DNA of 64,000 bases from Escherichia coli (GTDB lineage: Bacteria; Pseudomonadota; Gammaproteobacteria; Enterobacterales; Enterobacteriaceae), in NCBI RefSeq assembly GCF_003334355.1, contig NZ_QOWP01000022.1; one strand, 5' to 3'. Position 1 is the first letter of the stretch; each line of letters begins with the position of its first letter. A program made the position numbers and the translations under genes. A model generated the notes under the pieces. That model did not search any database, was not told the origin of the DNA, and was given only the letters and a program-made list of their open reading frames with translations. Shown here in pieces: positions 44,162-56,160 of the stretch.

Positions 44162-46405
44162 TTAGAAACGGAAGGTTGCGGTTGCAACGACCTGACGTTC
44201 TGCGCCCCAGAAGCAGCCATAAGTGTTAAAGCAGCTGGCGACGTATTCACGATCGAACAGGTTGTTAACATGCAGCGCCACGTTGGAGCCAGCCATGCCG
44301 ACTCGCGCCAGATCATAACGTACTAACGCATCCACGACCGTATAACTTCCCACTTTAAAGGAGTTAGCCGGATCACCATAACTGGAGCCAGTATAACGAC
44401 CACCGGTGCCCAGCGTCAGACCTGAAAGCGGACCGTCAAAGAAGGTGTAGTCAGCCCACAACGAAGCCATGTGTTTTGGCACCTGTGCAGGCGTATTGCC
44501 TTTATAGGTAGTATCGGTGGTGTATTCCGCATCGGTGTAAGTATAAGAACCGACTACGTTAACACTCGCCGACAGCGCCGCTTTCGCTTCGATTTCTACG
44601 CCACGAGCGCGGATCTCGCCACCTTCAACCGAGAAGAAGGAACCCTCAGGGTCCGCCATCAGGTTGTTTGTTTTAGTGAGATTATACACGGCACCAGTAA
44701 CTACAATCGGACGATCTTCCGGTACATATTTCACGCCGACTTCATACTGCTTACCTTTAGACGGTGCGAAAATATTACCATCCTTCCCAACTTGCGAAGA
44801 AGGTTCAAACGATTCGCTATAGCTGAAGTAAGGTGTTACACCATTATCAAACAGGTAGTTAACACCACCACGCCAGGTAAACTGTTTGTCATCACGTTTA
44901 TCGGTCGTCCCGGCAACGCGGTTAAGAGATTCTTGATCTGCCCAGTCATAACGACCGCCCAGGGTGACCAGCACTTTATCCCACTGCGCCTGATCCTGAA
45001 CATAAACGCCCGTTTGTTTCTGCTTATTCAGAATGCGGTAAGGGCCGGAGTTTGCCGGATCTTTGGCATTGAAGTCGAAATCGGTATTCACCGGATTGTA
45101 CAGATTGAGCAGTGGCACAGAGTCGTCGTAACCAAACCAGGCGTTGATGTCATTACGCATACGCATAAAGTCGACACCGGTCAGCAGGGTGTGGTCGATA
45201 TCGCCAGTGGCAAACTTGCTCTGCAACTGGGTATCAACGGAGAAGTTTTGCAGCTTCTCATCATCAACGACGTATTTACGTGCCAGATAATGGCCTTTAT
45301 CCGCTGGCGCTAATGCCGCACACTGTTTGCTGTAAGCATTCGCCGGATCGGAGCAGACGCCGTAACCATAAACGCTGTTTTGCGAGGTTTTGTTTTCAGC
45401 AAAGCGCAGGTTCTGACGCACAGTAAAGGTGTCGTTAAATTCGTGATCGAAGCTGTAGCCGACCATCTTCTCATTACGAGAATAGGTGTTGTTCTTCGCC
45501 CCTTCATTAAAGTCTGTCGGCAGACGCTTACCGTTCGGCAGCGGCTCAACGGTTCCCTCTTTCGGCAACCAGCCGTAATAACCGGTTTCCGGCTCGTTCT
45601 GGAAGTAAGAAAGGAAGGTGAAATTGGTTTTATCATCCGGACGCCAGGTGAACGCCGGTGCAATAGCATAACGCTGCTCTTCTGACCCTTTCTGCTGGGC
45701 ATTGGCAGAACGCGCAAGACCGGTCAGGCGATAAGAGTAAACGCCGTCATCATCCAGCGCATCGCTAAAGTCAAAACCAGTCTGGAACAGGCTGTCAGTA
45801 CCGGCTTTAAACTGAACTTCTTTGAGCGGTTCGGTGGTCGGACGCTTGCTGACCATATTCAACAGACCGCCAGGACTGCTTTTACCGTAAAGCACGGAAA
45901 CCGGGCCACGCATAATTTCAGCGCGTTCCAGCATATACGGATCAATGACCGCATCGTTATAGAAGTTGCCCTGCAACTTCAGGCCATTCAGATAGTTATT
46001 CTGGCTTTGGCCTTCTGCCGCAAAACCGCGAATGATCAGGTGGTCATAGGTGTTGGATGCGCCACGCGTACCAACAGAGACACCCGGCGTGTAGCTAAGC
46101 GCTTCTTTTACCGACTTCGGCTGATGCAGCGCCATCTCTTCGGCGGTCACAACAGAAATAGACTGTGGCACTTTTTGAATCGGCGTATCGGTTTTAGTGC
46201 CGGTAGCTGACTGTCGCGCCGCAATAGTTGCAGCAGGCCCCCATGCGCTTTCTTGCGGCGCAGGTGCAGCGGTAACGGTGATAGTGTCTTCTTTCGGTTC
46301 AACCGCTGCCTGTGCATAAACAGACATGCCGCTAACCGCTGTGGCTACTACAACTGCGATTTTACGCAGTGAGTGTTTTGGCTGAGCAGTTTTGGAACGC
46401 GCCAT
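44162..46405 (-). CDS. fhuA: TonB-dependent ferrichrome outer membrane receptor (phage T1/T5/phi80 receptor)
   Basis: 747 aa ORF with signal peptide and C-terminal ...ATATFRF; recognised FhuA. Confidence 0.97.
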   Translation of the reverse strand: MARSKTAQPKHSLRKIAVVVATAVSGMSVYAQAAVEPKEDTITVTAAPAPQESAWGPAATIAARQSATGTKTDTPIQKVPQSISVVTAEEMALHQPKSVKEALSYTPGVSVGTRGASNTYDHLIIRGFAAEGQSQNNYLNGLKLQGNFYNDAVIDPYMLERAEIMRGPVSVLYGKSSPGGLLNMVSKRPTTEPLKEVQFKAGTDSLFQTGFDFSDALDDDGVYSYRLTGLARSANAQQKGSEEQRYAIAPAFTWRPDDKTNFTFLSYFQNEPETGYYGWLPKEGTVEPLPNGKRLPTDFNEGAKNNTYSRNEKMVGYSFDHEFNDTFTVRQNLRFAENKTSQNSVYGYGVCSDPANAYSKQCAALAPADKGHYLARKYVVDDEKLQNFSVDTQLQSKFATGDIDHTLLTGVDFMRMRNDINAWFGYDDSVPLLNLYNPVNTDFDFNAKDPANSGPYRILNKQKQTGVYVQDQAQWDKVLVTLGGRYDWADQESLNRVAGTTDKRDDKQFTWRGGVNYLFDNGVTPYFSYSESFEPSSQVGKDGNIFAPSKGKQYEVGVKYVPEDRPIVVTGAVYNLTKTNNLMADPEGSFFSVEGGEIRARGVEIEAKAALSASVNVVGSYTYTDAEYTTDTTYKGNTPAQVPKHMASLWADYTFFDGPLSGLTLGTGGRYTGSSYGDPANSFKVGSYTVVDALVRYDLARVGMAGSNVALHVNNLFDREYVASCFNTYGCFWGAERQVVATATFRF

Positions 46406-46444
46406 TGGTATATCTCTGATGTAAAGTGAATGATAACGTAAACG

Positions 46445-46478
46445 AGAATGATTATTATAAAGATAAGATAATATTCGA
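46445..46478 (-). promoter_or_regulatory. Fur-box-like AT-rich operator overlapping the fhuA promoter
   Basis: gaatgattattataaagataagataatattc contains GATAAT/ATTATC hexamer repeats and a TATAAT -10 on the minus strand. Confidence 0.65.
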
Positions 46479-46584
46479 AACGCTGGCGGGTTCGCAAGCG
46501 GTACGCAATCTGAGCGTTCCTGAAGGGTTAATAAACAACCAGATGAAAAGAAAGGGTTAATACTTTGGGTGGGATGTTATTTTA

Positions 46585-46607
46585 CCGGATGGCAACTCGC
46601 CATCCGG
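46585..46607. repeat. perfect 9-bp-arm hairpin downstream of mrcB
   Basis: ccggatggc-aactc-gccatccgg. Confidence 0.45.
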
Positions 46608-46624
46608 TATTTCACGCTTAGACG

Positions 46625-49159
46625 TTAATTACTACCAAACATATCTTTAATCCAACCGGCTACACCGTCGCTGTCTTTCTGCTCTTGCTGAGCAGGTTGC
46701 TGTTGCGGCTGTTGCTGCGGCTGAGAAGACTGATCAAACGGATTGCTTGACGGCTGCTGCTGCATCTCACTCTGCTGGCACAGCGATTGCGGATCGCTGG
46801 TCCAGACCGGCAAGACACGCATGCCACCGCTGCAAACAAAGTTGCCGTCGTAGTCCACGCCCATATCTGCAATATCTTCTGGCGGAACAAGATTCAGCGG
46901 TGTTGGCGTCTGGTTAGCCAGATAACGCTGATAAATCGACATTGCCCCGCTGGCTCCATACAGTTTGGTCGGCTGGTTGTTATCACGGCCTACCCAGGTG
47001 ATGGTCACCGTGCTGCCGTCAATGCCCGCAAACCAGGTATCTACGTTATTGTTAGTAGTCCCTGTTTTCCCTGCCAGATGCAGGTTCGGGTATTTCGCCC
47101 CAAGCTGACGACCCGTACCGCGTTGTACAACCTGCTGCATGGTCCATAGTGTCAGATACGCCGCCTGCGCCGGAACAGCGCGTTCCGCCTGCGGGAAGCT
47201 CTGATACAGCACTTTGCCATCTTCCGCGATTACCGAACGCAGCGCAGAAAGCGGTGCACGGTTACCACCGCTGGCGATGGTCTGGAATGCCTGCGCCACT
47301 TCGATTGGCGTTAAGTTCAACGCCCCCAGCAGCATCGCCGGAACCGGATGCAGCTGATCTTTCGGCACGCCCAGTTTGATCCAGGTCTCCGTAACCGCAG
47401 GCAGCCCCAGTGCCATCCCCAGATTTACCGTCGGCACGTTCATCGAACGGGTCAACGCATCCACCAGCATCACTCTGCCACTTTCGCTATAACGACGATC
47501 ATCGTTCTGCGGTGACCAGACCTGGCCATTCGGCTGACGCAGCGCGATTGGCGCATCCGCAATCCACGTGTTCAGGCGATAGATTTTCGGCTGGCTTAAG
47601 GCAGTCAGATAAGTCGCTGGTTTTGCAAGGGAACCAATCGAACGACGCGCCTGCATCGCACGATTGTAGCCCGCAAACTGCGGCTCAGAACCTCCGACCA
47701 TCGCACGAACTTCACCACTAAAGCGGTCGACGACCACAATCGCGGTTTCCAGATCGCTCAGCTTACGCTGTTTCTTCAGTGCCGGAATGCCTTCCACGGC
47801 GGCTTTTTCTGCCGCGTCCTGGGCCACCGAGTCAAAGGTAGTGAAGATCTTCACGCCGGACAGATCTTTTACCTTATCGCCTAATTTCGCCTGCAACTCC
47901 TGACGCACCAGTTGCATAAAGGCTGGCTGTGGAGAGATTACCCCACCGCGCGGCTGTACGCCCAGAGGACGCGCGCTGAGCATTTCATACAGTTCACCAT
48001 CGATAATCTGCTGTTGTTGTAGCAAACGCAGCACCAGATTACGTCGCTCCAGCGCCAGTTTCGGGTTACGCCACGGGTTGTAGATGGACGCCCCTTTCAC
48101 CATGCCAACTAACAGCGCCTGCTGGTCAAGGCTCAATTCTTCTACCGGGCGACCAAAGTAGTACAGGCTCGCCAGCGGGAAGCCACGAATTTCGTTGTCG
48201 CCGCTCTGACCGAGATACACCTCATTCATATACAGCTCAAGAATGCGATCTTTGCTGTAACGCGCATCCATGATCAACGCCATATAGGCTTCGTTCGCTT
48301 TACGCCAGTAAGAGCGCTCGCTGGAGAGGAACAGGTTTTTCACCAGCTGTTGCGTCAGCGTACTCGCACCCTGCACCGTGCGACCTGCGGTCAGGTTTGC
48401 CAGCACCGCACGTCCGATGGAGTAGAGGCTGATGCCGTCATGCTCGTAAAAATGACGGTCTTCTGTCGCCAGCAAAGTATCCACCAGCAAATCAGGGAAA
48501 CCACTGCGCGGCACAAACAGACGTTGTTCACCGTTTGGCGAGGAGATCATGGTGATCAGGCGCGGATCAAGACGGAAGAAGCCGAACTGACGGTTGTTCT
48601 CCATATTGACGATGGTCGCCAGATGATCGCCATCAAAGGTCAAACGCGCACGCACCTGCCCTTCTTTGCTGTCCGGGAAATCAAACGGACGGCGGATCAT
48701 CTCAATGCTGTTAGCCTGCACGGTAAATTCGCCAGGACGGGTCATTTTCGACACCTGACGATACTGGGTCGCCTCCAGCAGCTTCACCATCTCGTTCTTG
48801 CTGATGGTCATGTCTGGCTCAAGATTGACCATTCGGCCATAAACTGCCGCAGGCAGTTGCCAGACCTTGCCATCAATACGGCTACGAATTTTTTGATCGA
48901 GATAAACGCCGTAAATGGCGATCAGCACGGCAAAAACGATAGCCAGTTTTAGCAGTAGCCATAGCCAGCCGCGTTTGCCACGAGGCTTACGCCCTTTGCC
49001 TTTGCCCTTACCTTTGCGCGGCATCGGTTCTTCATCCTCATAGTCATCATAATCGTCGTAATCATCGTCATCTTCGTAACGACGACGGCTTACCTTTTGT
49101 TTGACCGGACGCGTCGGTTTCCCTTTGCGTCCAATTGGCTCGCGGTCATTCCCGGCCAT
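46625..49159 (-). CDS. mrcB: penicillin-binding protein 1B (bifunctional glycosyltransferase/transpeptidase)
   Basis: ORF recognised as PBP1b; start trimmed to [14 protein letters not shown] (844 aa). Confidence 0.95.
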   Translation of the reverse strand: MAGNDREPIGRKGKPTRPVKQKVSRRRYEDDDDYDDYDDYEDEEPMPRKGKGKGKGRKPRGKRGWLWLLLKLAIVFAVLIAIYGVYLDQKIRSRIDGKVWQLPAAVYGRMVNLEPDMTISKNEMVKLLEATQYRQVSKMTRPGEFTVQANSIEMIRRPFDFPDSKEGQVRARLTFDGDHLATIVNMENNRQFGFFRLDPRLITMISSPNGEQRLFVPRSGFPDLLVDTLLATEDRHFYEHDGISLYSIGRAVLANLTAGRTVQGASTLTQQLVKNLFLSSERSYWRKANEAYMALIMDARYSKDRILELYMNEVYLGQSGDNEIRGFPLASLYYFGRPVEELSLDQQALLVGMVKGASIYNPWRNPKLALERRNLVLRLLQQQQIIDGELYEMLSARPLGVQPRGGVISPQPAFMQLVRQELQAKLGDKVKDLSGVKIFTTFDSVAQDAAEKAAVEGIPALKKQRKLSDLETAIVVVDRFSGEVRAMVGGSEPQFAGYNRAMQARRSIGSLAKPATYLTALSQPKIYRLNTWIADAPIALRQPNGQVWSPQNDDRRYSESGRVMLVDALTRSMNVPTVNLGMALGLPAVTETWIKLGVPKDQLHPVPAMLLGALNLTPIEVAQAFQTIASGGNRAPLSALRSVIAEDGKVLYQSFPQAERAVPAQAAYLTLWTMQQVVQRGTGRQLGAKYPNLHLAGKTGTTNNNVDTWFAGIDGSTVTITWVGRDNNQPTKLYGASGAMSIYQRYLANQTPTPLNLVPPEDIADMGVDYDGNFVCSGGMRVLPVWTSDPQSLCQQSEMQQQPSSNPFDQSSQPQQQPQQQPAQQEQKDSDGVAGWIKDMFGSN

Positions 49160-49256
49160 GCTTTTTCTCCGCAATATTCAGGCGCAAAAGCCCGATTTTC
49201 TGTTCTTCTGTTACAAGACAGAAGAAGATATCTCTCAAAATTTGTGCTCGATCGGT

Positions 49257-49345
49257 CCCCTCTCCCTTGAGGGAGAGGGTTAGGGTGAGGGTGAACGTGC
49301 GCGCTGATGCCCTCACCCCGGCCCTCTCCCACAGGGAGAGGGCGA
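49257..49345. repeat. two GC-rich repeat units in inverted orientation (boxC-like) between mrcB and hrpB
   Basis: ccctctcccttgagggagagggttagggtgaggg and its near-identical inverse ccctcaccccggccctctcccacagggagagggc. Confidence 0.6.
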
Positions 49346-49354
49346 AAACCAACC

Positions 49355-51784
49355 TTACGAATACTTTTTCGTCCGTCGCGTCGGTGCAGTGTTTGCCGGG
49401 TCGTCCGGCCAGACATGTTTGGGATAACGCCCTTTCATCTCTTTTTGCACCTCACGGTACGCTCCTTTCCAGAAGGCGCTCAAATCTCGTGTGATTTGTA
49501 ATGGCCTTTGGGCAGGGGAAAGCAACTCCAGCACCAGCGGCACGCGCCCCTGGGCGATCGTCGGATTGGTGGCCTCACCAAACATCTCCTGCATTCTCAC
49601 CGCCAGCGCGGGCGGGTTATCTTCATGATAACGAATGGCGATCCGGCTTCCCGTCGGCACAGTGTAATGCGCAGGCAATTCACTATCCAGACGTTGCTGC
49701 ATTCCCCAATCAAGTAATCCGCGTAGTGCCTGATAAATGTCGAGTGATTTCAGGCCGCGTAGTGAATGCACGCCGGTCATATGTGGCAGCAGCCACGTTT
49801 CCAGCGTCGCCAACAAACTTTCATTATCAACCGCAGGCCAGTCATATTCCGGCAACCACTTTGCGGCGCATAACAAACGCAAGCGTAGCTGTTCCGCTTC
49901 CGCCGTCCAGTTGAGCACGCTTAAACCTTTATCACGGATGCCATTAAGCATCGCCTGATGCAACTCGTCTTCTGACGGTTTCGCCAACGTCTGCACTTTC
50001 ACCGTCAACTGACCGATTTGCAGCCGACGCCAGGCTTTCAGCGTACCTTGCGCGTCATCCCATTCCACGGTGTCAGATTGCTGCACCAGCTGCGGACAGC
50101 GTCGCACTAATTCATCAATATCGACCGGTAGCGCCAGTAAAATCCGCGCATCCGGCGAGGCGCTGCCCTGCAATAATAACGGTGCGATCAACCATTCGTG
50201 GCGGCTTAGCGCGTCGTCGGCATCGAGCATCGCTCCCATGCCGTTTGCCAGTTGATAGCGTCCATCTTGCCCACGGCGGCGAGCAATGCGATCGGCAAAC
50301 GCCCCGGCAAGTAGCGGCGCGATAAGCGAACTGTCTGCCTCACCGCCGCGTACGTTTAAGCGTTTTAACAGTTGCTGACTACGTTGCTGCCAGGCTGGTT
50401 GATTGCGCGAAAACGCCACGCCCAGGTCACTATTGCCCATCCGTGGCGGCTCTTCGAGAATGGCGGCAATTTTTGCCGCGGTAGCAGCTTCGTCGTCGTT
50501 CTTCGCGCTAACCAGCATTGCCGCTAAACGCGGATCGTTACCCAGCGCTGCCATTTTTTGCCCTTGCGCACTAAGCCGTTCACCGTCCAGCGCCCCCAGC
50601 ATCCGTAACAGGCGTTTCGCGGCCAGTAGATTCACCGTTGGCGGTTGATCCAGCCAGCTCATCTGCGTCGGATCGCTGCATCCCCATTGCAGTAATTCCA
50701 TCAGCAAACCGGAAAGATCGCTTTGTAATATTTCCGGTTCACTTTGCGCCGCGGCGCGTTCTGCTTGTTCCTTGGCGATTAAATGCAGGCAGATACCCGG
50801 CTCCAGACGCCCGGCGCGCCCGGCACGCTGCGTCATGGATGCCTGGCTAACGCGTTGAGTAATCAGCCGCGTAAGCCCCGTGCGCGGATCAAAGCGCGCC
50901 ACACGCTCCTGGGCACAATCCACCACCAGACGAATACCTTCGATGGTTAAACTGGTTTCAGCAATATTGGTCGCCAGCACCACTTTGCGCATCCCTTGCG
51001 GTGCCGGGAGGATCGCTTTTCGCTGATCGTTCAGCGACAACGCGCCATACAGCGGGCAGAGCAACACATCACTGCCGATGCGCGAAGCCAGTTGTTCCTG
51101 CACACGCTGAATTTCTCCGACGCCAGTTAAAAATAACAGTAATGATCCACTTTCCTGACGCAGCATTTCGGCGGTGGCAACCGCGACGGCTTCGTCAAAA
51201 CGCTGATGCGCGGGCAGCGGTAAATAACGGCGTTCAACCGGAAACGAGCGCCCTTCTGAGATGACGACGGGCGCTTCTGGCAGCATTTGCTGCAAGCGGT
51301 CGTTGTCCAGCGTAGCCGACATAATCAGCAGTTTAAGGTCATCACGCAGACCTTGTTGCACATCGAGTAACAGCGCCAACGCCAAATCCGCCTGCAAGCT
51401 GCGCTCATGAAATTCATCAAGGATCACCAGTCCAACACCGCTCAGTTCCGGGTCACGCTGGATCATCCGCGTCAGCACGCCTTCGGTAACTACTTCCAGG
51501 CGGGTATTCGGCCCGACGCAGTTTTGCGCACGCATCCGGTAGCCAACGGTATCGCCTGGCTTTTCGTTAAGCAGCTCCGCCAGCCGTTGCGCGACGTTAC
51601 GCGCCGCCAGACGACGCGGCTCCAGCAGGATAATTTTTCCGTTAATGCCGGGATGCGCCAGCAATTGCAGCGGCAGCCAGGTTGATTTCCCGGCCCCGGT
51701 CGGCGCACTTAATAATACCTGCGGCGCACAATCGAGAGCGGTAAGTAATTCAGGTAAGACGGCAGCAACGGGCAACGATGACAC
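49355..51784 (-). CDS. hrpB: ATP-dependent RNA helicase HrpB (GTG start)
   Basis: DEAH-box helicase motifs (GAGKST, DEFHER); start placed at GTG giving MSSLPVAAVLPELL (809 aa). Confidence 0.9.
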   Translation of the reverse strand: MSSLPVAAVLPELLTALDCAPQVLLSAPTGAGKSTWLPLQLLAHPGINGKIILLEPRRLAARNVAQRLAELLNEKPGDTVGYRMRAQNCVGPNTRLEVVTEGVLTRMIQRDPELSGVGLVILDEFHERSLQADLALALLLDVQQGLRDDLKLLIMSATLDNDRLQQMLPEAPVVISEGRSFPVERRYLPLPAHQRFDEAVAVATAEMLRQESGSLLLFLTGVGEIQRVQEQLASRIGSDVLLCPLYGALSLNDQRKAILPAPQGMRKVVLATNIAETSLTIEGIRLVVDCAQERVARFDPRTGLTRLITQRVSQASMTQRAGRAGRLEPGICLHLIAKEQAERAAAQSEPEILQSDLSGLLMELLQWGCSDPTQMSWLDQPPTVNLLAAKRLLRMLGALDGERLSAQGQKMAALGNDPRLAAMLVSAKNDDEAATAAKIAAILEEPPRMGNSDLGVAFSRNQPAWQQRSQQLLKRLNVRGGEADSSLIAPLLAGAFADRIARRRGQDGRYQLANGMGAMLDADDALSRHEWLIAPLLLQGSASPDARILLALPVDIDELVRRCPQLVQQSDTVEWDDAQGTLKAWRRLQIGQLTVKVQTLAKPSEDELHQAMLNGIRDKGLSVLNWTAEAEQLRLRLLCAAKWLPEYDWPAVDNESLLATLETWLLPHMTGVHSLRGLKSLDIYQALRGLLDWGMQQRLDSELPAHYTVPTGSRIAIRYHEDNPPALAVRMQEMFGEATNPTIAQGRVPLVLELLSPAQRPLQITRDLSAFWKGAYREVQKEMKGRYPKHVWPDDPANTAPTRRTKKYS

Positions 51785-51857
51785 AAAACGCTCCAGAGGG
51801 TTAACATTCTTCGCGCCACATTGTAGCATCGCGGTAATTCATAACCGAGTGCCTCAC

Positions 51858-53107
<1,250 letters not shown>

Positions 53108-53284
53108 TAAAGTAAGTAACTGGTTAATTTACATTCTGGTCGCGTGCGCAAATACGCTTTTCCTCACACAGTTGTCAAGTGTTACGTTTAGATAATTGCT
53201 ATCCGGAAAAGCATCTGCTATTTATAGCGGCCTCATTTTTCCCCCGAACATGGGGATCGATAGTGCGTGTTAAGGAGAAGCAAC

Positions 53285-53740
53285 ATGCAAGAAGGGCAAA
53301 ACCGTAAAACATCGTCCCTGAGTATTCTCGCCATCGCTGGGGTGGAACCATATCAGGAGAAGCCGGGCGAAGAGTATATGAATGAAGCCCAGCTGGCGCA
53401 CTTCCGTCGTATTCTGGAAGCATGGCGTAATCAACTCAGGGATGAAGTCGATCGCACCGTTACACATATGCAGGATGAAGCAGCCAACTTCCCGGACCCG
53501 GTAGACCGTGCAGCCCAGGAAGAAGAGTTCAGCCTCGAACTGCGTAACCGCGATCGCGAGCGTAAGCTGATCAAAAAGATCGAGAAGACGCTGAAAAAAG
53601 TGGAAGACGAAGATTTCGGCTACTGCGAATCCTGCGGTGTTGAAATTGGTATTCGCCGTCTGGAAGCGCGCCCGACAGCCGATCTGTGCATCGACTGCAA
53701 AACGCTGGCTGAAATTCGCGAAAAACAGATGGCTGGCTAA
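53285..53740 (+). CDS. dksA: RNA polymerase-binding transcription factor DksA
   Basis: [19 protein letters not shown]... with C4 zinc finger [25 protein letters not shown]; start trimmed (151 aa). Confidence 0.97.
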   Translation: MQEGQNRKTSSLSILAIAGVEPYQEKPGEEYMNEAQLAHFRRILEAWRNQLRDEVDRTVTHMQDEAANFPDPVDRAAQEEEFSLELRNRDRERKLIKKIEKTLKKVEDEDFGYCESCGVEIGIRRLEARPTADLCIDCKTLAEIREKQMAG

Positions 53741-53768
53741 TTACAGCCGTTCCATCACGTTTACCACA

Positions 53769-53797
53769 GGCGGGAAATGCTCCCGCCTTATTTTTTG
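53769..53797 (+). terminator. intrinsic terminator downstream of dksA, immediately upstream of gluQ
   Basis: ggcgggaaatgctcccgcc followed by ttattttttg. Confidence 0.75.
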
Positions 53798-53806
53798 TTC
53801 AAAGAG

Positions 53807-54703
53807 ATGACAGACACACACTATATTGGCCGCTTCGCCCCCTCTCCTTCCGGCGAGCTTCATTTTGGTTCTCTGATTGCTGCGCTTGGCAGCTATTTGC
53901 AGGCTCGCGCCCGGCAAGGTTGCTGGCTGGTACGTATAGAAGATATCGACCCGCCTCGTGAAGTTCCCGGTGCCGCAGAAACTATCCTGCGCCAGCTGGA
54001 ACATTACGGCCTGCACTGGGACGGCGATGTTCTCTGGCAATCGCAACGTCACCACGCCTATCGCGAAGCACTCGCCTGGTTACGTGAGCAAGGGCTAAGT
54101 TATTACTGCACCTGCACGCGTGCGCGTATTCAAAGCATTGGCGGTATTTACGACGGTCATTGCCGGGAGTTGCATCATGGACCAGACAACGCCGCAGTGC
54201 GTATCCGCCAGCAGCATCCGGTCACCCAGTTTACTGACCTGCTGCGAGGCATTATTCACGCCGACGAAAAACTGGCACGGGAAGATTTTATTATTCATCG
54301 CCGTGATGGTTTGTTTGCCTATAACCTGGCGGTGGTGGTGGATGATCACTTCCAGGGCGTGAGCGAAATTGTCCGCGGGGCAGATTTGATCGAACCGACA
54401 GTGCGGCAAATCTCGCTGTACCAGCTTTTTGGCTGGAAAGTGCCAGATTACATTCATCTGCCGCTGGCGCTTAATCCACAAGGCGCTAAACTTTCCAAGC
54501 AGAATCATGCGCCTGCGTTGCCGAAAGGCGATCCACGCCCGGTACTAATCGCGGCACTTCAATTTCTGGGGCAGCAGGCAGAAGCACACTGGCAGGATTT
54601 CAGCGTCGAGCAAATCCTTCAGTCAGCCGTCAAAAACTGGCGGCTTACCGCAGTGCCTGAGTCGGCAATTGTAAATTCAACATTCTCAAATGCGTCATGC
54701 TGA
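53807..54703 (+). CDS. gluQ: glutamyl-Q tRNA(Asp) synthetase (YadB)
   Basis: Class I aaRS-like [26 protein letters not shown]...; start at 53807 chosen because the upstream in-frame ATG at 53777 lies inside the dksA terminator; start uncertain. Confidence 0.85.
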   Translation: MTDTHYIGRFAPSPSGELHFGSLIAALGSYLQARARQGCWLVRIEDIDPPREVPGAAETILRQLEHYGLHWDGDVLWQSQRHHAYREALAWLREQGLSYYCTCTRARIQSIGGIYDGHCRELHHGPDNAAVRIRQQHPVTQFTDLLRGIIHADEKLAREDFIIHRRDGLFAYNLAVVVDDHFQGVSEIVRGADLIEPTVRQISLYQLFGWKVPDYIHLPLALNPQGAKLSKQNHAPALPKGDPRPVLIAALQFLGQQAEAHWQDFSVEQILQSAVKNWRLTAVPESAIVNSTFSNASC

Positions 54704-54762
54704 GCTATGATTAGCCGCTATTTTTTTGTCCTGAATGATGTTTGACACTACCGAGGTGTACT

Positions 54763-56160
54763 ATTTTTACCCGAGTCGCTAATTTTTGCCGCAAGGTGCT
54801 AAGCCGCGAGGAAAGCGAGGCTGAACAGGCAGTCGCCCGTCCACAGGTGACGGTGATCCCGCGTGAGCAGCATGCTATTTCCCGCAAAGATATCAGTGAA
54901 AATGCCCTGAAGGTAATGTACAGGCTCAATAAAGCGGGATACGAAGCCTGGCTGGTTGGCGGCGGCGTGCGCGACCTGTTACTTGGCAAAAAGCCGAAAG
55001 ACTTTGACGTAACCACTAACGCCACGCCTGAGCAGGTGCGCAAACTGTTCCGTAACTGCCGCCTGGTGGGTCGCCGTTTCCGTCTGGCTCATGTGATGTT
55101 TGGCCCGGAGATTATCGAAGTTGCGACCTTCCGTGGACACCACGAAGGTAACGTCAGCGACCGCACGACCTCCCAACGCGGGCAAAACGGCATGTTGCTG
55201 CGCGACAACATTTTCGGCTCCATCGAAGAAGACGCCCAGCGCCGCGATTTCACTATCAACAGCCTGTATTACAGCGTAGCGGATTTTACCGTCCGTGATT
55301 ACGTTGGCGGTATGAAGGATCTGAAGGACGGCGTTATCCGTCTGATTGGTAACCCGGAAACGCGCTACCGTGAAGATCCGGTACGTATGCTGCGCGCGGT
55401 ACGTTTTGCCGCCAAATTGGGTATGCGCATCAGCCCGGAAACCGCAGAACCGATCCCTCGCCTCGCTACCCTGCTGAACGATATCCCACCGGCACGCCTG
55501 TTTGAAGAATCGCTTAAACTGCTACAAGCGGGCTACGGTTACGAAACCTATAAGCTGCTGTGTGAATATCATCTGTTCCAGCCGCTGTTCCCGACCATTA
55601 CCCGCTACTTCACGGAAAATGGCGACAGCCCGATGGAGCGGATCATTGAACAGGTGCTGAAGAATACCGATACGCGTATCCATAACGATATGCGCGTGAA
55701 CCCGGCGTTCCTGTTTGCCGCCATGTTCTGGTACCCACTGCTGGAGACGGCACAGAAGATCGCCCAGGAAAGCGGCCTGACCTATCACGACGCTTTCGCG
55801 CTGGCGATGAACGACGTGCTGGACGAAGCCTGCCGTTCACTGGCAATCCCGAAACGTCTGACGACGTTAACCCGCGATATCTGGCAGTTGCAGTTGCGTA
55901 TGTCCCGACGTCAGGGTAAACGTGCATGGAAACTGCTGGAGCATCCTAAGTTCCGTGCGGCTTATGACCTGTTGGCCTTGCGAGCTGAAGTTGAACGTAA
56001 CGCTGAACTGCAGCGTCTGGTGAAATGGTGGGGTGAGTTCCAGGTTTCCGCGCCACCAGACCAAAAAGGGATGCTCAACGAGCTGGATGAAGAACCGTCA
56101 CCGCGTCGTCGTACTCGTCGTCCACGCAAACGCGCACCACGTCGTGAGGGTACCGCATGA
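54763..56160 (+). CDS. pcnB: poly(A) polymerase I (non-AUG start)
   Basis: Recognised PcnB; no ATG or GTG precedes the conserved N-terminus [19 protein letters not shown]; start placed at the ATT codon at 54763 (465 aa). Confidence 0.88.

Noticed and set aside
49257-49345. Possible CRISPR array
   Set aside because: Only two repeat units, in inverted rather than direct orientation, with a 12-bp gap and no cas genes nearby. This is an intergenic palindromic repeat, not a CRISPR.
49135-49494. Small ORFs (119, 108, 68, 64 aa) in the mrcB-hrpB gap
   Set aside because: They are encoded by the GC-rich inverted repeat pair. The repeated GEG-type peptides are a by-product of the repeat, not evidence of coding.
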